Below are positions 12,949 through 25,990 of a stretch of DNA of 64,000 nt, in pieces. Position numbers and translations under genes: made by a program. Under the pieces are notes generated by a model. It was not told the origin of the DNA, ran no database searches, and worked only from the letters and a program-made list of their open reading frames with translations. The first letter of the stretch is position 1, and each line of letters opens with the position of its first letter. This DNA is from Octopus vulgaris (lineage: Eukaryota): positions 83,328,001 through 83,392,000 of the forward strand of contig OX597823.1 of the NCBI GenBank assembly GCA_951406725.2, given 5' to 3'.

Positions 12949-13352
12949 TGAGCTGGTCACCGGAACAGCTTCCACGTGAGGCCTCGTTTGCTAGATCAAC
13001 CGGTTATCAAGTAAGTGTGCAAGTGACTGAGGACTCCACAAAGAGGCATACCTTTCTGCATGACAGACAATATGACAAGGCCGGCCCTTATAAATTACAG
13101 GTGTTTCAGTGGACAAGATTAAAGTGAAATAAAGTATCTTCAATAACACACGGCGCCGCCGGGAGTCCAACACACAACCTTACGATTGTGATCGAATATC
13201 CTAACCACTTAAACCTACGCCTTCCCTATAGAATGTGTGTGTGTATGTGTCTGTATTTATATACATGTATATATGTGTGTGTGTGTATTATTTTTCATCG
13301 AACCGTTTCACTATGTGCATATATATAAATATATATATATATATATATTTAT

Positions 13353-13582
13353 ATTGATAAAAATAGTAAGACAACAAAAGAATGAAAGAGACCCCGATAT
13401 TATGTAAATAGAGGAATTTATCTGTAAATGTAATATGTGACAATTATTCGGTGGCCATGATAAAACTCCGAGTTTCCGTTGCCGGAGTGGATAACTGAAG
13501 AGATGGCGGCGTGGATTTCCACCCCGGCAACCGAAACTCGGAGTTTTATCATGGCTACCGAATAATTGTCACATATTACATT

Positions 13583-13584
<2 letters not shown>
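13353..13584. mobile_element. Short fold-back element carrying a hammerhead motif, flanked by (TA)n
   Basis: 13425-13490 is the reverse complement of 13518-13584; same family as 27150-27445. Confidence 0.8.
13490..13550 (+). ncRNA. Type I hammerhead ribozyme motif, canonical core
   Basis: gataa-CTGAAGA-(stem II gatggcgg...ccggcaacc)-GAA-ACTC g GAGT-T-ttatc; stem I gataa/ttatc, GUU triplet. Confidence 0.75.
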
Positions 13585-13635
<51 letters not shown>

Positions 13636-14024
13636 CATATATATACACGCACATACGCACACGCACACAGACTCACACATACACGTACACACAGACGCGC
13701 ACACACTCATCATGTGTATGTATGTATGTATGTATGTATGTACGTATGTAACTATTTATCTTCATCTATAATTATCGGGCTTTCCACGAAGTTTCCCCCA
13801 TCAATATTTATTTTACAGTATATTAAGCCTATGGGTAGGGGGGGAAACGTTTGCACTATTTGCCGGAAGGTGGGATCGAAATAGAAATCTCTGAGTTTCA
13901 AAGCGAATTTCTTTACCATACATCTTTGCCTAAACGTGATTCGCGTAGATTTTTGCTGCAATACCGACGAAAATACTTCTGAATATGAAAAAGAATAGGG
14001 CTATATATTATATCTATTAAAAGT

Positions 14025-14225
14025 GGAGGCGCAATGGCCCAGTGGTTAGGGCAGCGGACTCGCGGTCGTAGGATCGCGGTTTCGATTCCCAGACCGGGCG
14101 TTGTGAGTGTTTATTGAGCGGAAACACCTAAAAGCTCCACGAGGCTCCGGCAGGGATGGTTGTGATCCCTGCTGTACTCTTTCACCACAACTTTCTCTCA
14201 CTCTTTCTTCCTGTTTCTGTTGTAC
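14025..14225 (+). mobile_element. SINE family C, 5' half (tRNA-like head)
   Basis: ggaggcgcaatggcccagtggttagggcagcggactcgcggtc...gtttcgattccc: A and B boxes. Confidence 0.85.
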
Positions 14226-14756
14226 ACATAAATACATGCATGCATACGAAAGATATAGAGAGGGAGGGGGAATGTTGATACATAGATAGATAGATAGATA
14301 GAGTATACTATGTGGAGGGAGATGGAAGCTAAATATCATGAAAGATGAAAACAAGTCGATTGGAAATATGGGAAATATGGCCAGATTTTTGGTGCAGCAT
14401 CATTAAAACCAGAAACCGTTTTCTGATATGTAATAAATTTATTACTATGACAGAAATAATCAGAGATGTTGTTTCGTGGAAAGATAGGAGTTCTAGAAAC
14501 CTATATAAATATGAAGAGATTAAGTCGTAGATTTATTCATTATGACATGCACACAAACATATAAGCATGCAAAGAGATATATCAAAATATAACGGGAGGA
14601 GGCAAAAAATATGCATGCATCAACATAAAGCATGTACAAACAGCCAGAACTTGATGATATGTTTGCTCATACATATTTGTATATATACATATATGTGTGT
14701 GTGTGTGTGTGTGTGTTTGTGTGTATATGGACACCCATCCACACATATATATGCAT

Positions 14757-14788
<32 letters not shown>

Positions 14789-15479
14789 GTTTCTTTATTG
14801 GCCACACAGGGCTGCACACAGATGGGACAAGTTACAAGGTAGTGCTTTTCTTTTGGGGGAGAAAAAAAAAAGGTGGCGTAGGTTTTCGATCAAAAGGGAT
14901 CGTAAAAGTGAAAAAAGAACAAAAAAAAAAGAAAAAAGGGAAAAGGAACAAAAGAAAAGAAAAATGAAAAAAGAAGAAAAAAGAGGAAAAAAGGGGAAGA
15001 GGAAAAAAAACGATCAATAGGGATCGTGTATCACAGTGTCCACCTAAAGCTCCACGAGGCTTCGGCAGGGGGTGATGGCCATCCCTGCTGTACTCTTTCG
15101 CCACAACTTTCTCTCTTTCTTCTGTTGGCCTGCTCGCTTAGCCTGCGGGGTATAGTCATTTGAAGGCTAAAACAATGCGAAGCGCATTGTGCCCAGCGAT
15201 GTGTAACAACATCTGATAGCCTGGTCGGTCATGGTGATCACGGTGATATATATATATGAACATTCATATTTAGATATATAGATATGTTCATATATTTACA
15301 TATACGTATGTATGTGTATGTGTTTTCATATGTATATATGCATATTTATAAACACACAGCACACACACATACAAACACATACACAGATATATGTGTGTGT
15401 GTGCTTACACACGTATTTATCATATGTGTGTATGTATGCATGTAGATATGTGTATATATATAACTACATGCATATATGT

Positions 15480-15676
15480 AAATCGATTGGAAAATGCTCC
15501 GCTTTCCAGCCTGCACCTTCACATTCCTCGAGGAGGTTTACATAACGGTCAATCTTTCGAGCCTGAGCGGCGTCCATGTTATCTTCATGAGAAACCGCTA
15601 ACTCGACTAGATTCACTACTTTCCTTCTTTCACACCACATTAAAATGTCCAGTTTTTTCGTAACTGGGATGGGCAA
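15480..15676 (-). pseudogene. RLE endonuclease fragment of a Hero-like non-LTR retrotransposon
   Basis: LDILMWCERRKVVNLVELAVSHEDNMDAAQARKIDRYVNLLEECEGAGWKAEHFPID corresponds to PD..ELTVPWE..K..KY..L. Confidence 0.85.
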
Positions 15677-15810
15677 GAGTCTCTGGCACCCTGGTTAATC
15701 TGCAGCTACTTCCCAATAGCTGTTCCACTTTTCATCGCTCACTGGCGACAGAAGTAGTATGAATAGCAAAAGGTAATCTTTATATCCAATTTAACATGGA
15801 TGTCTTGTCA

Positions 15811-16430
15811 TATAGGGAAACCGTCCTACACGCTATTGTTCAGTGTCCGGGAGTGTCTGAAGTGTGGGTTTACGCAGAACATCTGCTGTGATGTTCGGGA
15901 AGAGTACAGCTGTCGTCTGAGTCAATCGTAAAAATTGACCCGCCGGATTTCCTCACGAAAGAAGGTAAGCAATGTTTTCTCGCAGTAGTAGCAATGACGT
16001 AAGAGGTGGTATGGAAGTCGCGAATGAATGGTTTGGCGACAGGCAACCTCATCTCCGGTCTCGGGTTGGTGAGATTTTTTTATCTTCGACCTTAAAAGGA
16101 TGGAGAGAAGATGCCTGTCAAAGAAAATGTTCAAAGAAAGATGGTTGCATGTTCCGAGGATGCTGGGAATAAAAGATTCTTCGTGAATATGTCATAAGTC
16201 TATATACAAAGGTTCCAATAGGAGAATGGGGCTCGTAAGCCATCTCTCTGCTTCATTTCATATTTGTATTTTGTCCTTTGTATTTTGTCCTTGTTATATC
16301 TCATTCGATTTCATTCGATTTCATTATATTTTGTAAAATTTTAAAAGTCATATAATCATTGTGTGTCTGACCCCAATCAGGCTGTATTGTCCCCCTCTAT
16401 GTTTGGGCCTTTGTGGCTTATAAAGAAACA
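15811..16430 (+). mobile_element. 5'-truncated L1/Tx1-like LINE (C-terminal Cys/His domain plus 3' UTR) with 13-bp TSD
   Basis: RETVLHAIVQCPGVSEVWVY...EVVWKSR (zf-RVT-like, with stops); TSD ggatgtcttgtca at 15798-15810 and 16431-16443. Confidence 0.8.
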
Positions 16431-17732
16431 GGATGTCTTGTCAGATTATCAAATACTGTGTTATTAGCCTCGTGAGATCTCACAGAGGCGCTTGGTGCAT
16501 AAAAGCGCACACGTAGATCAAACAGACGAGAATTGTCTGTCATGGGTGCAGGAACTCCCATATCCCGTGATTTCATTCTGCTGGAAATCTTCAGTCAAAT
16601 CTCGCTGCTATGATATATAGAACATCAGCATCTTTGCAGACACTGCTGTGGCAAATAGTCAGCAGCCTTATCAAAAATCAATTATCAGCGAGAAGCTACT
16701 ATAAGTTTCATGCTCTGATAGTAAATTTGTCGAACGAGCTTATTATATAACATACTGTGTACTATCTTGAAACGTTACAGGCTCAAAATAAAACGTGGTT
16801 GCTCTCTGAGAAAAAGCGAAAAAGAACGAGAAAGAACGAGAGAGAAAAAACGTAAATGAAAAAAGAAAACGAGATAAAGAAAGCATAGAGGGAAGGGAGA
16901 TAAGTATCATGTCCTTTTGGTCCGTTTCGATGGGAGATAACCAATGTTAGCATGGTTAATTTGACGAGGAGATGGTGAGATTATATGCCTAATCCGTAGA
17001 GGTAGGTAGGTTCTCCATTTTCAAAACAGAAATTTGTCGAGATATTTTGCCTTGTTAATTCCCATGAAGAGAGAAGTAATCTGGTGTCGCTTTTGTCATT
17101 CTCTCCGATTTTCACATTTTTTTTTATTTTCTCTTTTTTTTATTTATTTATCGTAAGCTAGAATGGTTTCAGAATTTGGCATAAGGCCAGAAATTTTGAG
17201 GGGGTGGGGCATATCGGCTGCAATGATCCCTAGTACTTCATTGCTGCTTTATTTTACCGACCCCGAAAGAGTTAACGGCAAAATCGACTTCGGTATAATT
17301 TGAACCCAGAATGTAAAGAGTCGAACAATGCCGCTAAGCATCTTATTCAACACGCTAACGATTCTGCTACCGCACCGCCTTCTTCTAAGGTAAAATAGTA
17401 TTAATCGTTTCCTAAGCACAAGGCCTGAAATTGTTGGGTCGAAGGTTAATCGACAAACTCGACATATCACTTGACTGATAATTTTATTTATCGATCTCAG
17501 AAGGTTGAAAGACAAAGTAAATTGATCTTGGCACGATTTGAATTCAAGAGGATAAATAGTAATGCAACTGATTCTACAATAGGCACAAGGGCCGCAGCAC
17601 ATATAAAGAAGGACATACTCTTCTATTCTAATTCCATTCTTGTCAACGATGCATCAGTAACATAGCTTGTAACATAGCGGTCCACCCCCGGGGCGACACT
17701 TTTATGAGACGGCATTTTAGATCCGCTGTATA

Positions 17733-18262
17733 AGCCTGTATGGATTTGGAGGTGGCGAGTACATCAAAGGCTTCCCCGGGCGTCACATTTAGAGCAAGGG
17801 CTGCCTTTTGAAGCCTGCTGAATAAATGTGTGTAGGCTTGGTGTCCTGGGAAGTGGGTGGCAAACTCAAAAGCCACCAGAGGTGGCACACACTTCCACTA
17901 CACCACTAATCAGCCTGTATGGATTTAGAGGTGGGAGGGTACATCAAAAGCTTCCTCGAGTGTCGCATTTAGAGCAGAGGCTGCCTTTTGGGGTCTGCTG
18001 TATAAGCTTGTATAAGTTTGTTGTCCTGAGAAGGATGGAAAACTCAGAAGCTACCCCAGGTGGCACACACTTTCACCACACCACTAGGATACTTCGTATC
18101 AGCCTGTATGGGTTTGGAGGTGGAGGGTACGTCAAAGGCTTCCTCGAGCGTCACATTTAGAGCAGGGGCTGATTTTGGGGGTCTGCTGAATATGCTTGTA
18201 TAGTCTTGGTGTCCTGAGAAGGGGTGGCAAACTCAGAAGCTACCCCAAGTACCCTAGGATAC
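17733..18262. repeat. GC-richer tandem repeat, ~180-190 bp x3
   Basis: agcctgtatgg.ttt.gaggtgg unit starts at 17733, 17912, 18101. Confidence 0.88.
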
Positions 18263-18730
18263 GTTGTGAGAACATTACACTTTAACTGGAACTTATTTTT
18301 ATTGGCTCCTCTCACTCGGAACAATGAACGGCGAAACTGGACTCGGTGTGATTTGAACTCAAAACGTAAACAACCGTAACTAAGTACAGTGAATATTTTT
18401 TCTAAGCTCTAATCATTCTATTAATCCAGATTTTATCAATTCCATTATATCACTAAGTGGTTGTGAAGATGCGTGGCTGAGTCGTTAAGATATTCAGAAT
18501 CACAAGATTGTGGTTTCAGTTCTCGGACCAAGCCGTCCATCGTATTCGTGAGTATAACGTTTTATTTTCACGTTGGTCCAGACCAATCAATTATAAATAA
18601 GTTACCTAGCGACGAACTGGCGGACTGGCGCTACAATCGGAGAGGTCGTTGTGATCCTGGTCACTTGTACGCCACGGAAACCGAGTAACCAGACTTATGA
18701 GTCGTGGGAGTCGAAACGATCATTTCCAGA

Positions 18731-18863
18731 GGATGATGATAGTGATGATGATGATGATGATGATGATGATGCCGACGGCGACGACAACGACGACGATGAT
18801 GATGACGATGATCATGATTTTCACGATGATGATGACGACGACGATGATGATGATGATGATAAA

Positions 18864-18895
<32 letters not shown>

Positions 18896-19123
18896 CGATG
18901 ACGATGATGATGATGATGATGACGATGACGATGATGATGATGATGATGATGATCACGACAATTATAATGATGATCACAATGATGATGATGATGATGATCA
19001 AGACGACGAAGACGATGGTGATGACGATGATGATGATGATGATGATGATTATTATTATTATTATCATTATTATTTTTATTATGATTATCATTATTATTAT
19101 TATTATCATTATTATTATTATTA

Positions 19124-19157
<34 letters not shown>

Positions 19158-19219
19158 CATTATTATTATTATTATTATTATTATTTTTATTATCATTATT
19201 ATTATTATCATTATTATTA

Positions 19220-19262
<43 letters not shown>

Positions 19263-19300
19263 CATTATTATTATTATCATTATTATTATTATTATTATTA

Positions 19301-19343
<43 letters not shown>

Positions 19344-19402
19344 GGTGATGATTTTGATGATGATGGTGATGATGATGATGATGATGGTGACGACGATGGT
19401 GA
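18731..19402. repeat. (GAT/GAC)n-(TAT/CAT)n-(GAT)n trinucleotide array
   Basis: Direct reading; source of the poly-D/Y/M/I ORFs. Confidence 0.95.
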
Positions 19403-19779
19403 TTTCATACTTGTGTCATACCTCAAATGAAGGAAATGGTCTTGGTAGGATTTGAATTCGCATCAAAAAGGGCTGTAAGTAGAGCGGAGCATCACAACGA
19501 CTCGCTCGTATCATCGAGTCAACAACAGACCCTCTATATAGTCATTCGATCTGTTAGCCATAGCAGTTAAATGTTCCTCATATCGTATCTTGTTGCCAAT
19601 TCAAAAAATAATTAAAGTAACAAAAAATTTAAAATACTGCAGACACATTCGAGGCGTTGCTCCGTGCTTGCAACCACGTGATTTCAGGTTCAGTCCCACT
19701 GTGTGGCACCCTAGCCCAGCCCTGGATCGACCGATACCTTGTTAGTAAATTTGGTTGGTAGAAACTGTGTGAAATCCCT

Positions 19780-20310
19780 ATCATACATACATACACACAT
19801 ACACGCACGCAAGCACATATGTGCATACACACACATACATACACACACATACATACACACACATACATACACACATACACACACACATACATCCATGCAT
19901 ACATACATACATACAATCACACATACATACATGCATGCATACATACATACAAAAACACACATACACACACATATACATACATACACACACATACATACAT
20001 ATACACAAATACATACATACATACACACACATATACATACATGCACACACATACACATACATACATACACATACACACACATACATACACACAAATACAT
20101 ACATACATACATACATACATACATACATACATACGCACACATACATACATGCACACACATACATATACATACATACATACATACACACACTCAGACATGC
20201 ACACACATACACACATACACACATACATACATACATACATACATACATACATACATACATACATACATACATACATACATACATACATACGTACGTACGT
20301 ACGTACAAAT
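19780..20310. repeat. (CATA)n/(CA)n compound microsatellite
   Basis: Direct reading. Confidence 0.95.
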
Positions 20311-20625
20311 TTACACAAAAACCTAGAAGTGCCAGGTCTTTCGAAGAGAGATCAAAAGAAAGAGGCACGGACTCTCCAATTCCAATTTATAAGTGGCACA
20401 GTGAAGGTCTGGAAGACATTCCAAAGATTCTCCATCTAAGATTCCTTTGATGAATAGATGCACTCACTTGGCCATGTGCATCGACACCTCCACTAACACG
20501 CCAATTCAACAACATATTTACAAACGTCGTGAAGTTTCTAAATTCAAAAGGGCTTCTGGCTTTGTTAGCGACCGGCTTGAAGTCTTTTAAGAGCTTAAAT
20601 AAAACTCAACGAGAAATGATACACA

Positions 20626-20798
20626 GGCGCAGGAGTGGCCGTGTGGTAAGAAGCTTGCTTTCCAACCACATGGCTCCGGGTTCAGTCCCACTGTGTGGCA
20701 CCTTGTGCAACAGTCTTCTACTATAGCCTCGGGCTGACCAAATCCTTGTGAGTGGATTTAGTAGACGGAGACTGAAAGAAGCCCATCATATATACATG

Positions 20799-20840
<42 letters not shown>

Positions 20841-21030
20841 TTGTTTGTGTCTGTGTTTGTCTCCCCACAATCGCTTGACAACCGTGATGTAGCAGTTCGG
20901 TAAAAGAGACCGATAGAATAAGTACTAGCCTTACAAAGCCTAGGGGTCGGTTTATTCGACTAAAGTTGGTGCTCCAACATGGCCGCAGTCAAATGACTGA
21001 AACAAGTAAAATAATAAAAGAATAAAGAAT
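20626..21030 (+). mobile_element. tRNA-headed SINE family B with internal (TG)n microsatellite
   Basis: ggcgcaggagtggccgtgtggtaag...ggttcagtccc head, internal (TG)n, tail cca.catggccgcagtcaaatgactgaaacaagtaaaa; further copies ~22105-22470, 25993-26418, 46407-46890, 60712-61260, 61455-61990. Confidence 0.85.
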
Positions 21031-21046
21031 ATACGTGTATGTGTTT

Positions 21047-21094
<48 letters not shown>

Positions 21095-22225
21095 TAGATA
21101 GATAGACAAAGAAGGAGGGGAGCAAGTGTGTGCCTTTGTGTTTGGGTTTGTCACCGACCACTATTTGACAACCGGGGTTGATTTGTTTACGTACCTGTAT
21201 GTTGGTGATTCAGCAAGAGATGCCGATTGAATAAGTACCGGATTGTTTTAGGTTTTTTTTTAATATGTACTGGGGTCGATTAATTCGCCTAAATCCTCCA
21301 AGGCGGTGTCCCTGTATGGTCGCAGTCCAATGACTGAAACAAGTAAGCGATAAAGCATCAAAGACACACTGTATTCACAAGAAAACTGATGATCATAACT
21401 GGAACTCATTTGGTCTTAAGTCTACTCAGCCTCACTAACCGAGGGTTAAATAACAACAACAACGGTAATCACTCGCTGTCATTTCTACAACTATAAATCT
21501 CTATAGGTTGAAACTTCTTTTTAACTTGTTTCAGTCATTGGACTGCGACCATGCTTAGTTTTAAGTCTGGTAATGATTCTATTTTTGTGTTTTGGCGAAT
21601 CGCTAAGTTGTGGGGATATGAACAAACGAACACTGGTTGTCAAACAGGTGGGGAGACAACCACAGGCACACATACAACGGCCCCAGAAGACACCAACGTA
21701 TTTCCTTATTTTTTACTTTCTCTAACCACGCCTCCAAAAATTTCTCATATGTACTTTGTTTAAAAATTCACCACATGCACACACACACGTACATATACAC
21801 AAACACACACACATACACAGATTCAAAATGACACAACATATCTTAAATAACCACTCCCAAATACCTTTTTCCAAAACTCAAGAAAGCAAATTGAACTCTA
21901 GTCTTTTTTTTTCATGTAACTCACGTATATATAAATGGGATCAATTTTCAACATTGCGAATCCCTAAAGGAGATGAAAGCGCTCAATAAATAGTATTTAT
22001 CCATGTCCTGACTATTTCTTTTTATTAATATTTAAAATCAATTTGTACACCACTACGATAAATATATATACATATATATATGTGTGTGTGTGTATATATA
22101 CCACGTGGTTCCAAGTTCAGTCCCACTGCGTGGCACCTTGGGCAAGTGTCTTCTACTATAGCGTCGGGCCTACCAAAGCCTTGTGAGTGGATGTGGTAGA
22201 CGGAAACTGAAAGAAGCCCGTCGTA

Positions 22226-22266
<41 letters not shown>

Positions 22267-22481
22267 ATGTTTTGTGTGTGTGTGTGTGTCCCAACATCGC
22301 TTGACATCGATGCTGGTGTCTTTACGTCCCCGTAACTTAGTCGTTCGGCATGAGAGACCGATAGAATAAGTACTACGCTTACAAAGAATAAGTCCTGGGG
22401 TCAATTTGCTCGACTAAAGGTGCTGCTCCAGCATGGCCGCAGTCAAAATGACTGAAACGCATAAAAGAATATGCGCGCGCG

Positions 22482-22549
<68 letters not shown>

Positions 22550-22559
22550 TGTGTGTGTA

Positions 22560-22953
22560 AGTCGTCAAAGAGTCCATAAGTCAGGAAAAACCTGCATTCG
22601 TATATCTGTCAATAGAGTGAGTATATTATCTGAAGTGTACGGGATTATATATTCATTACGACCGATCCTACTAATCAGTTTCGCGCTAGGGATTCAACAG
22701 CGCGTTAGGTAACAATCCGTTCCTGTAATCTTGCGTTCATCAGAGGTAACTGATATGGAATGAAATATGGCGACATATTTCCTTTGCCATATTCATTCAT
22801 ATTCAGTCGCCATATTTCATTCTATATTGGCTTCTTGTGATGAGCGCAGGGTCACAAAATCGTATTGTTACCTGACACATCGTTGAATCCCTAGCACGAA
22901 ACCGATTGGTAATATCGGCCGTAATGGTTATATAATACTGCACACTTCGGATA

Positions 22954-22955
<2 letters not shown>
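22560..22955. mobile_element. Fold-back element with a hammerhead-like motif in each arm, flanked by (TG)n
   Basis: Arms 22626-22773 and 22806-22955; minus arm CTGATGA-acgc...gcgc-GAAACTGATTAGTA, plus arm GTGATGA-gcgcaggg...ccctagcac-GAAACCGATTGGTA. Confidence 0.72.
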
Positions 22956-23003
<48 letters not shown>

Positions 23004-23184
23004 ACACACACACGACGAATATCCAGTTTCCTTTCGTCTACCAGATTCACTCACAGGATATTATTCAGCCCGGAGTGGGGCTGTACTGAAAACCACAAGT
23101 TTGCAAAACGCTCTTCGTAGCCAGACACCTCCGCCACCGCCTAATTAATAAATATCCATAAATAGATAAATAATTATATAAATA

Positions 23185-23374
23185 GGCGTAGTGTGGCTGT
23201 GTGGTAAGTAGCTTGCTTACCAACCGCATGGTTCCGGAGTTCAGTCCCACTGCGTGGCACCTTGGGTAAGTGTCTTCTACTATAGCATCGGGCCGACCAA
23301 AGCTTTGTGAGTGGATTTGGTAGACGGAAACTGAAAGAAGCCCGTCGTATATATGTGTGTGTGTGTGAGTGAGT

Positions 23375-23415
<41 letters not shown>

Positions 23416-23649
23416 TGTGTGTGTGTGTGCGCGTGTGTGTTTGTGTGTGTGTGTTTGTCCCCCACCCATAACATCGCTTGAGATTCGATGCTGGTGTGTT
23501 TGCGTCCACGTAACTTAGCGGTTCGGCAAAAGAGACCGATAGAATAAGTACTAGGCTTCCAAAGAATATGTCCTGGTGTCGATTTGCTCGACTAAATTAG
23601 GTACTCCAGCATGGCCGCAGTCAAATGACTGAAACAAGTAAAAGAGTAA
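23185..23649 (+). mobile_element. Full-length SINE family B
   Basis: Head, internal microsatellite and tail all present; CpGs retained. Confidence 0.88.
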
Positions 23650-23837
23650 ATAATTAAATAATTAATTAATTACATAAATAAATAAATAAAACAATCTTCT
23701 CAGCAATCATGTACAAACTGCGGCCCGCAGGAGATTTTGAAAGCCACGGCACACCTAACAAAAAAAATAACCCTTAGTTTTCTTAGTAGTGCAGCTCGCC
23801 AGATGATGAGGTATGACATATCAAGCCCGCATATCAA

Positions 23838-24054
23838 GGCTGCGAGCTGGCAGAATCGTTAGCACGCCGAGCGAAATGCGTAGCCGTATTTCGTCTGCTG
23901 TTACGTTCTGAGTTCAAATTCCGCCGAGGTCGACTTTGCCTTTCATCCTTTCGGGGTCGATAAATTAAGTACCAGTTACGCCCTGGGGTCGACGTAATCG
24001 ACTTAATCCGTTTGTCCCCTCTGTGTTTAGTCCCTTGTGGGCAGTAGTGAAATA
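23838..24054 (+). mobile_element. SINE family A (LINE-like tail)
   Basis: Full head and body; flanked by repeated catatcaag. Confidence 0.85.
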
Positions 24055-24379
24055 CATATCAAGCCCGCTTCTCGAGAAAGGTTACTAACGCCTGATAACG
24101 AAGCTTTACAGAAAGTCGGGAATCGTTCATTAATCAAAGGGAAATAACTCCAACAGAAAATTTAACATTTGCATTCTGCTGCGTAAATAAATGAATCGGA
24201 TAAAAATTCGGGATGTTTTAGAAAGAGAGTCCGCTTTAAAGAGATAAATATTTAGAAAGATTATATTTAGTTGCATTGTGTTAAGGAAGAAGAAGAAGTA
24301 AAGGAAATGTAATTATAAAGAAATTGTGATAGTTGGAGATGTGATGTATTTGTAGTTTTGTATTATTTCTGTAACCGGT

Positions 24380-24385
24380 GTGTTC

Positions 24386-24423
<38 letters not shown>

Positions 24424-24741
24424 GAGACATACAGACACACACACACAGACAGACAGATAGAGAGTGAGTGTGTGTGTATGCTCGTGTGTGTGAGTGAGAG
24501 AGAGACAGACAGACAGATAGACAGACACACACACACACACACACAGGGAGTGAGTGTGTGTGTGTGTATGCTCGTGTGTGTGTGTGAGAGAGAGAGAGAC
24601 ACACACACACACAGATAGAGAGTGAGTGTGTGTGTATGCTCGTGTGTGTGAGAGAGAGGGAGAGACAGACACACACACACACACACAGATAGAGAGTGAG
24701 TGTATGTATATGCTCGTGTGTGTGTGAGAGAGAGAGAGACA

Positions 24742-24783
<42 letters not shown>

Positions 24784-24961
24784 GAGTGAGTGTGTGTATG
24801 CTCGTATGTGTGTGAGAGAGAGAGAGAGACACACACACACACACACACACACAGATAGAGAGTGAGTGTGTGTGTATGCTCGTCTGTGTGTGAGAGAGAG
24901 AGACAGACAGACAGACACACACACACACACACAGATAGAGAGTGAGTGTGTGTGTATGCTC

Positions 24962-25017
<56 letters not shown>

Positions 25018-25264
25018 CACACACACACACACACAGATAGAGAGTGAGTGTGTGTGTATGCTCGTCTGTGTGTGTAAGAGAGAGACAGACAGACAGACAG
25101 ACACACACACACACACACACACACACAGATAGAGAGTGAGTGTGTGTGTATGCTCGTGTGTGTGTGTGTGAGAGAGAGAGACAGACAGACAGACAGACAC
25201 ACACACACACACACACACACACAGATAGAGAGTGAGTGTGTGTGTATGCTCGTCTGTGTGTGTA

Positions 25265-25349
<85 letters not shown>

Positions 25350-25435
25350 TAGAGAGTGTGTGTGTGTGTATGCTCGTGTGTGTGTGTGTATGCTCGTGTG
25401 TGTGTGTGTGAGAGAGAGAGAGAGACAGACAGACA

Positions 25436-25471
<36 letters not shown>

Positions 25472-25506
25472 TAGAGAGTGAGTGTGTATGCTCGTCTGTG
25501 TGTGTA

Positions 25507-25539
<33 letters not shown>

Positions 25540-25990
25540 CACACACACAGACAGATAGAGAGTGGGTGTGTGTGTACGTGTCTGTGTGTGAGAGAGAGAG
25601 AAAGAGAGAGATAGAAGGACAGACAGTGAATGAGTGTATGTGTGCTTGTCTGTGTGAGAGAGAGAAAGAGAGACAGACAGACAGACAGAGTGAGTGTGTG
25701 CGTGTGTATATGTTGCGTGTCTGTCTGTGTGTGTGTGAGAGACAGAGAGAGAAACAGGCAGACAGACAGACAGAAAATGTGTGTGCGCGTATGAGTGTGT
25801 GTGAGTGAGTGTGTGTATGTTGCATGTACGTGTGTGTGTGAGAAAGACAGACAGACAGAAAGAAAGAAAGAGTGTGTGTGTGTGCGTGTGTGAGTGTATG
25901 CCGTGTGTATGTGAGAGAGAGAGAGAGAGACAGAGAGAGTATGCGTGTGTGTGAGAGAGAGAGAAAGGGTGTGTGTGTGTGCGTTTGTGT
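24380..25990. repeat. Compound minisatellite: gtatgctcg(tg)n(ag)n(acag)n(ac)n agatagagagtgag units
   Basis: Fixed anchors atgctcgt and agatagagagtgag repeat roughly every 55-90 bp, decaying after ~25560. Confidence 0.92.

Noticed and set aside
14025-14100. tRNA gene calls for SINE heads (also 20626, 28552, 43772)
   Set aside because: A/B boxes are present but there is no full cloverleaf, and each continues into a multi-copy SINE body
16556-16600. Minus-strand CTGAAGA...GAAATCacggGATA hammerhead-like string
   Set aside because: Stem II closing pair and stem I do not pair; probably chance
18651-19455. Asp-rich/Tyr-His-rich ORF resembling a biomineral or structural protein
   Set aside because: Pure GAT and TAT trinucleotide tracts, open in several frames, with no signal peptide or splice context
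20320-20440. LINE C-terminus-like peptide (LQFQFISGTVKVWKTF)
   Set aside because: Too short to assign with confidence
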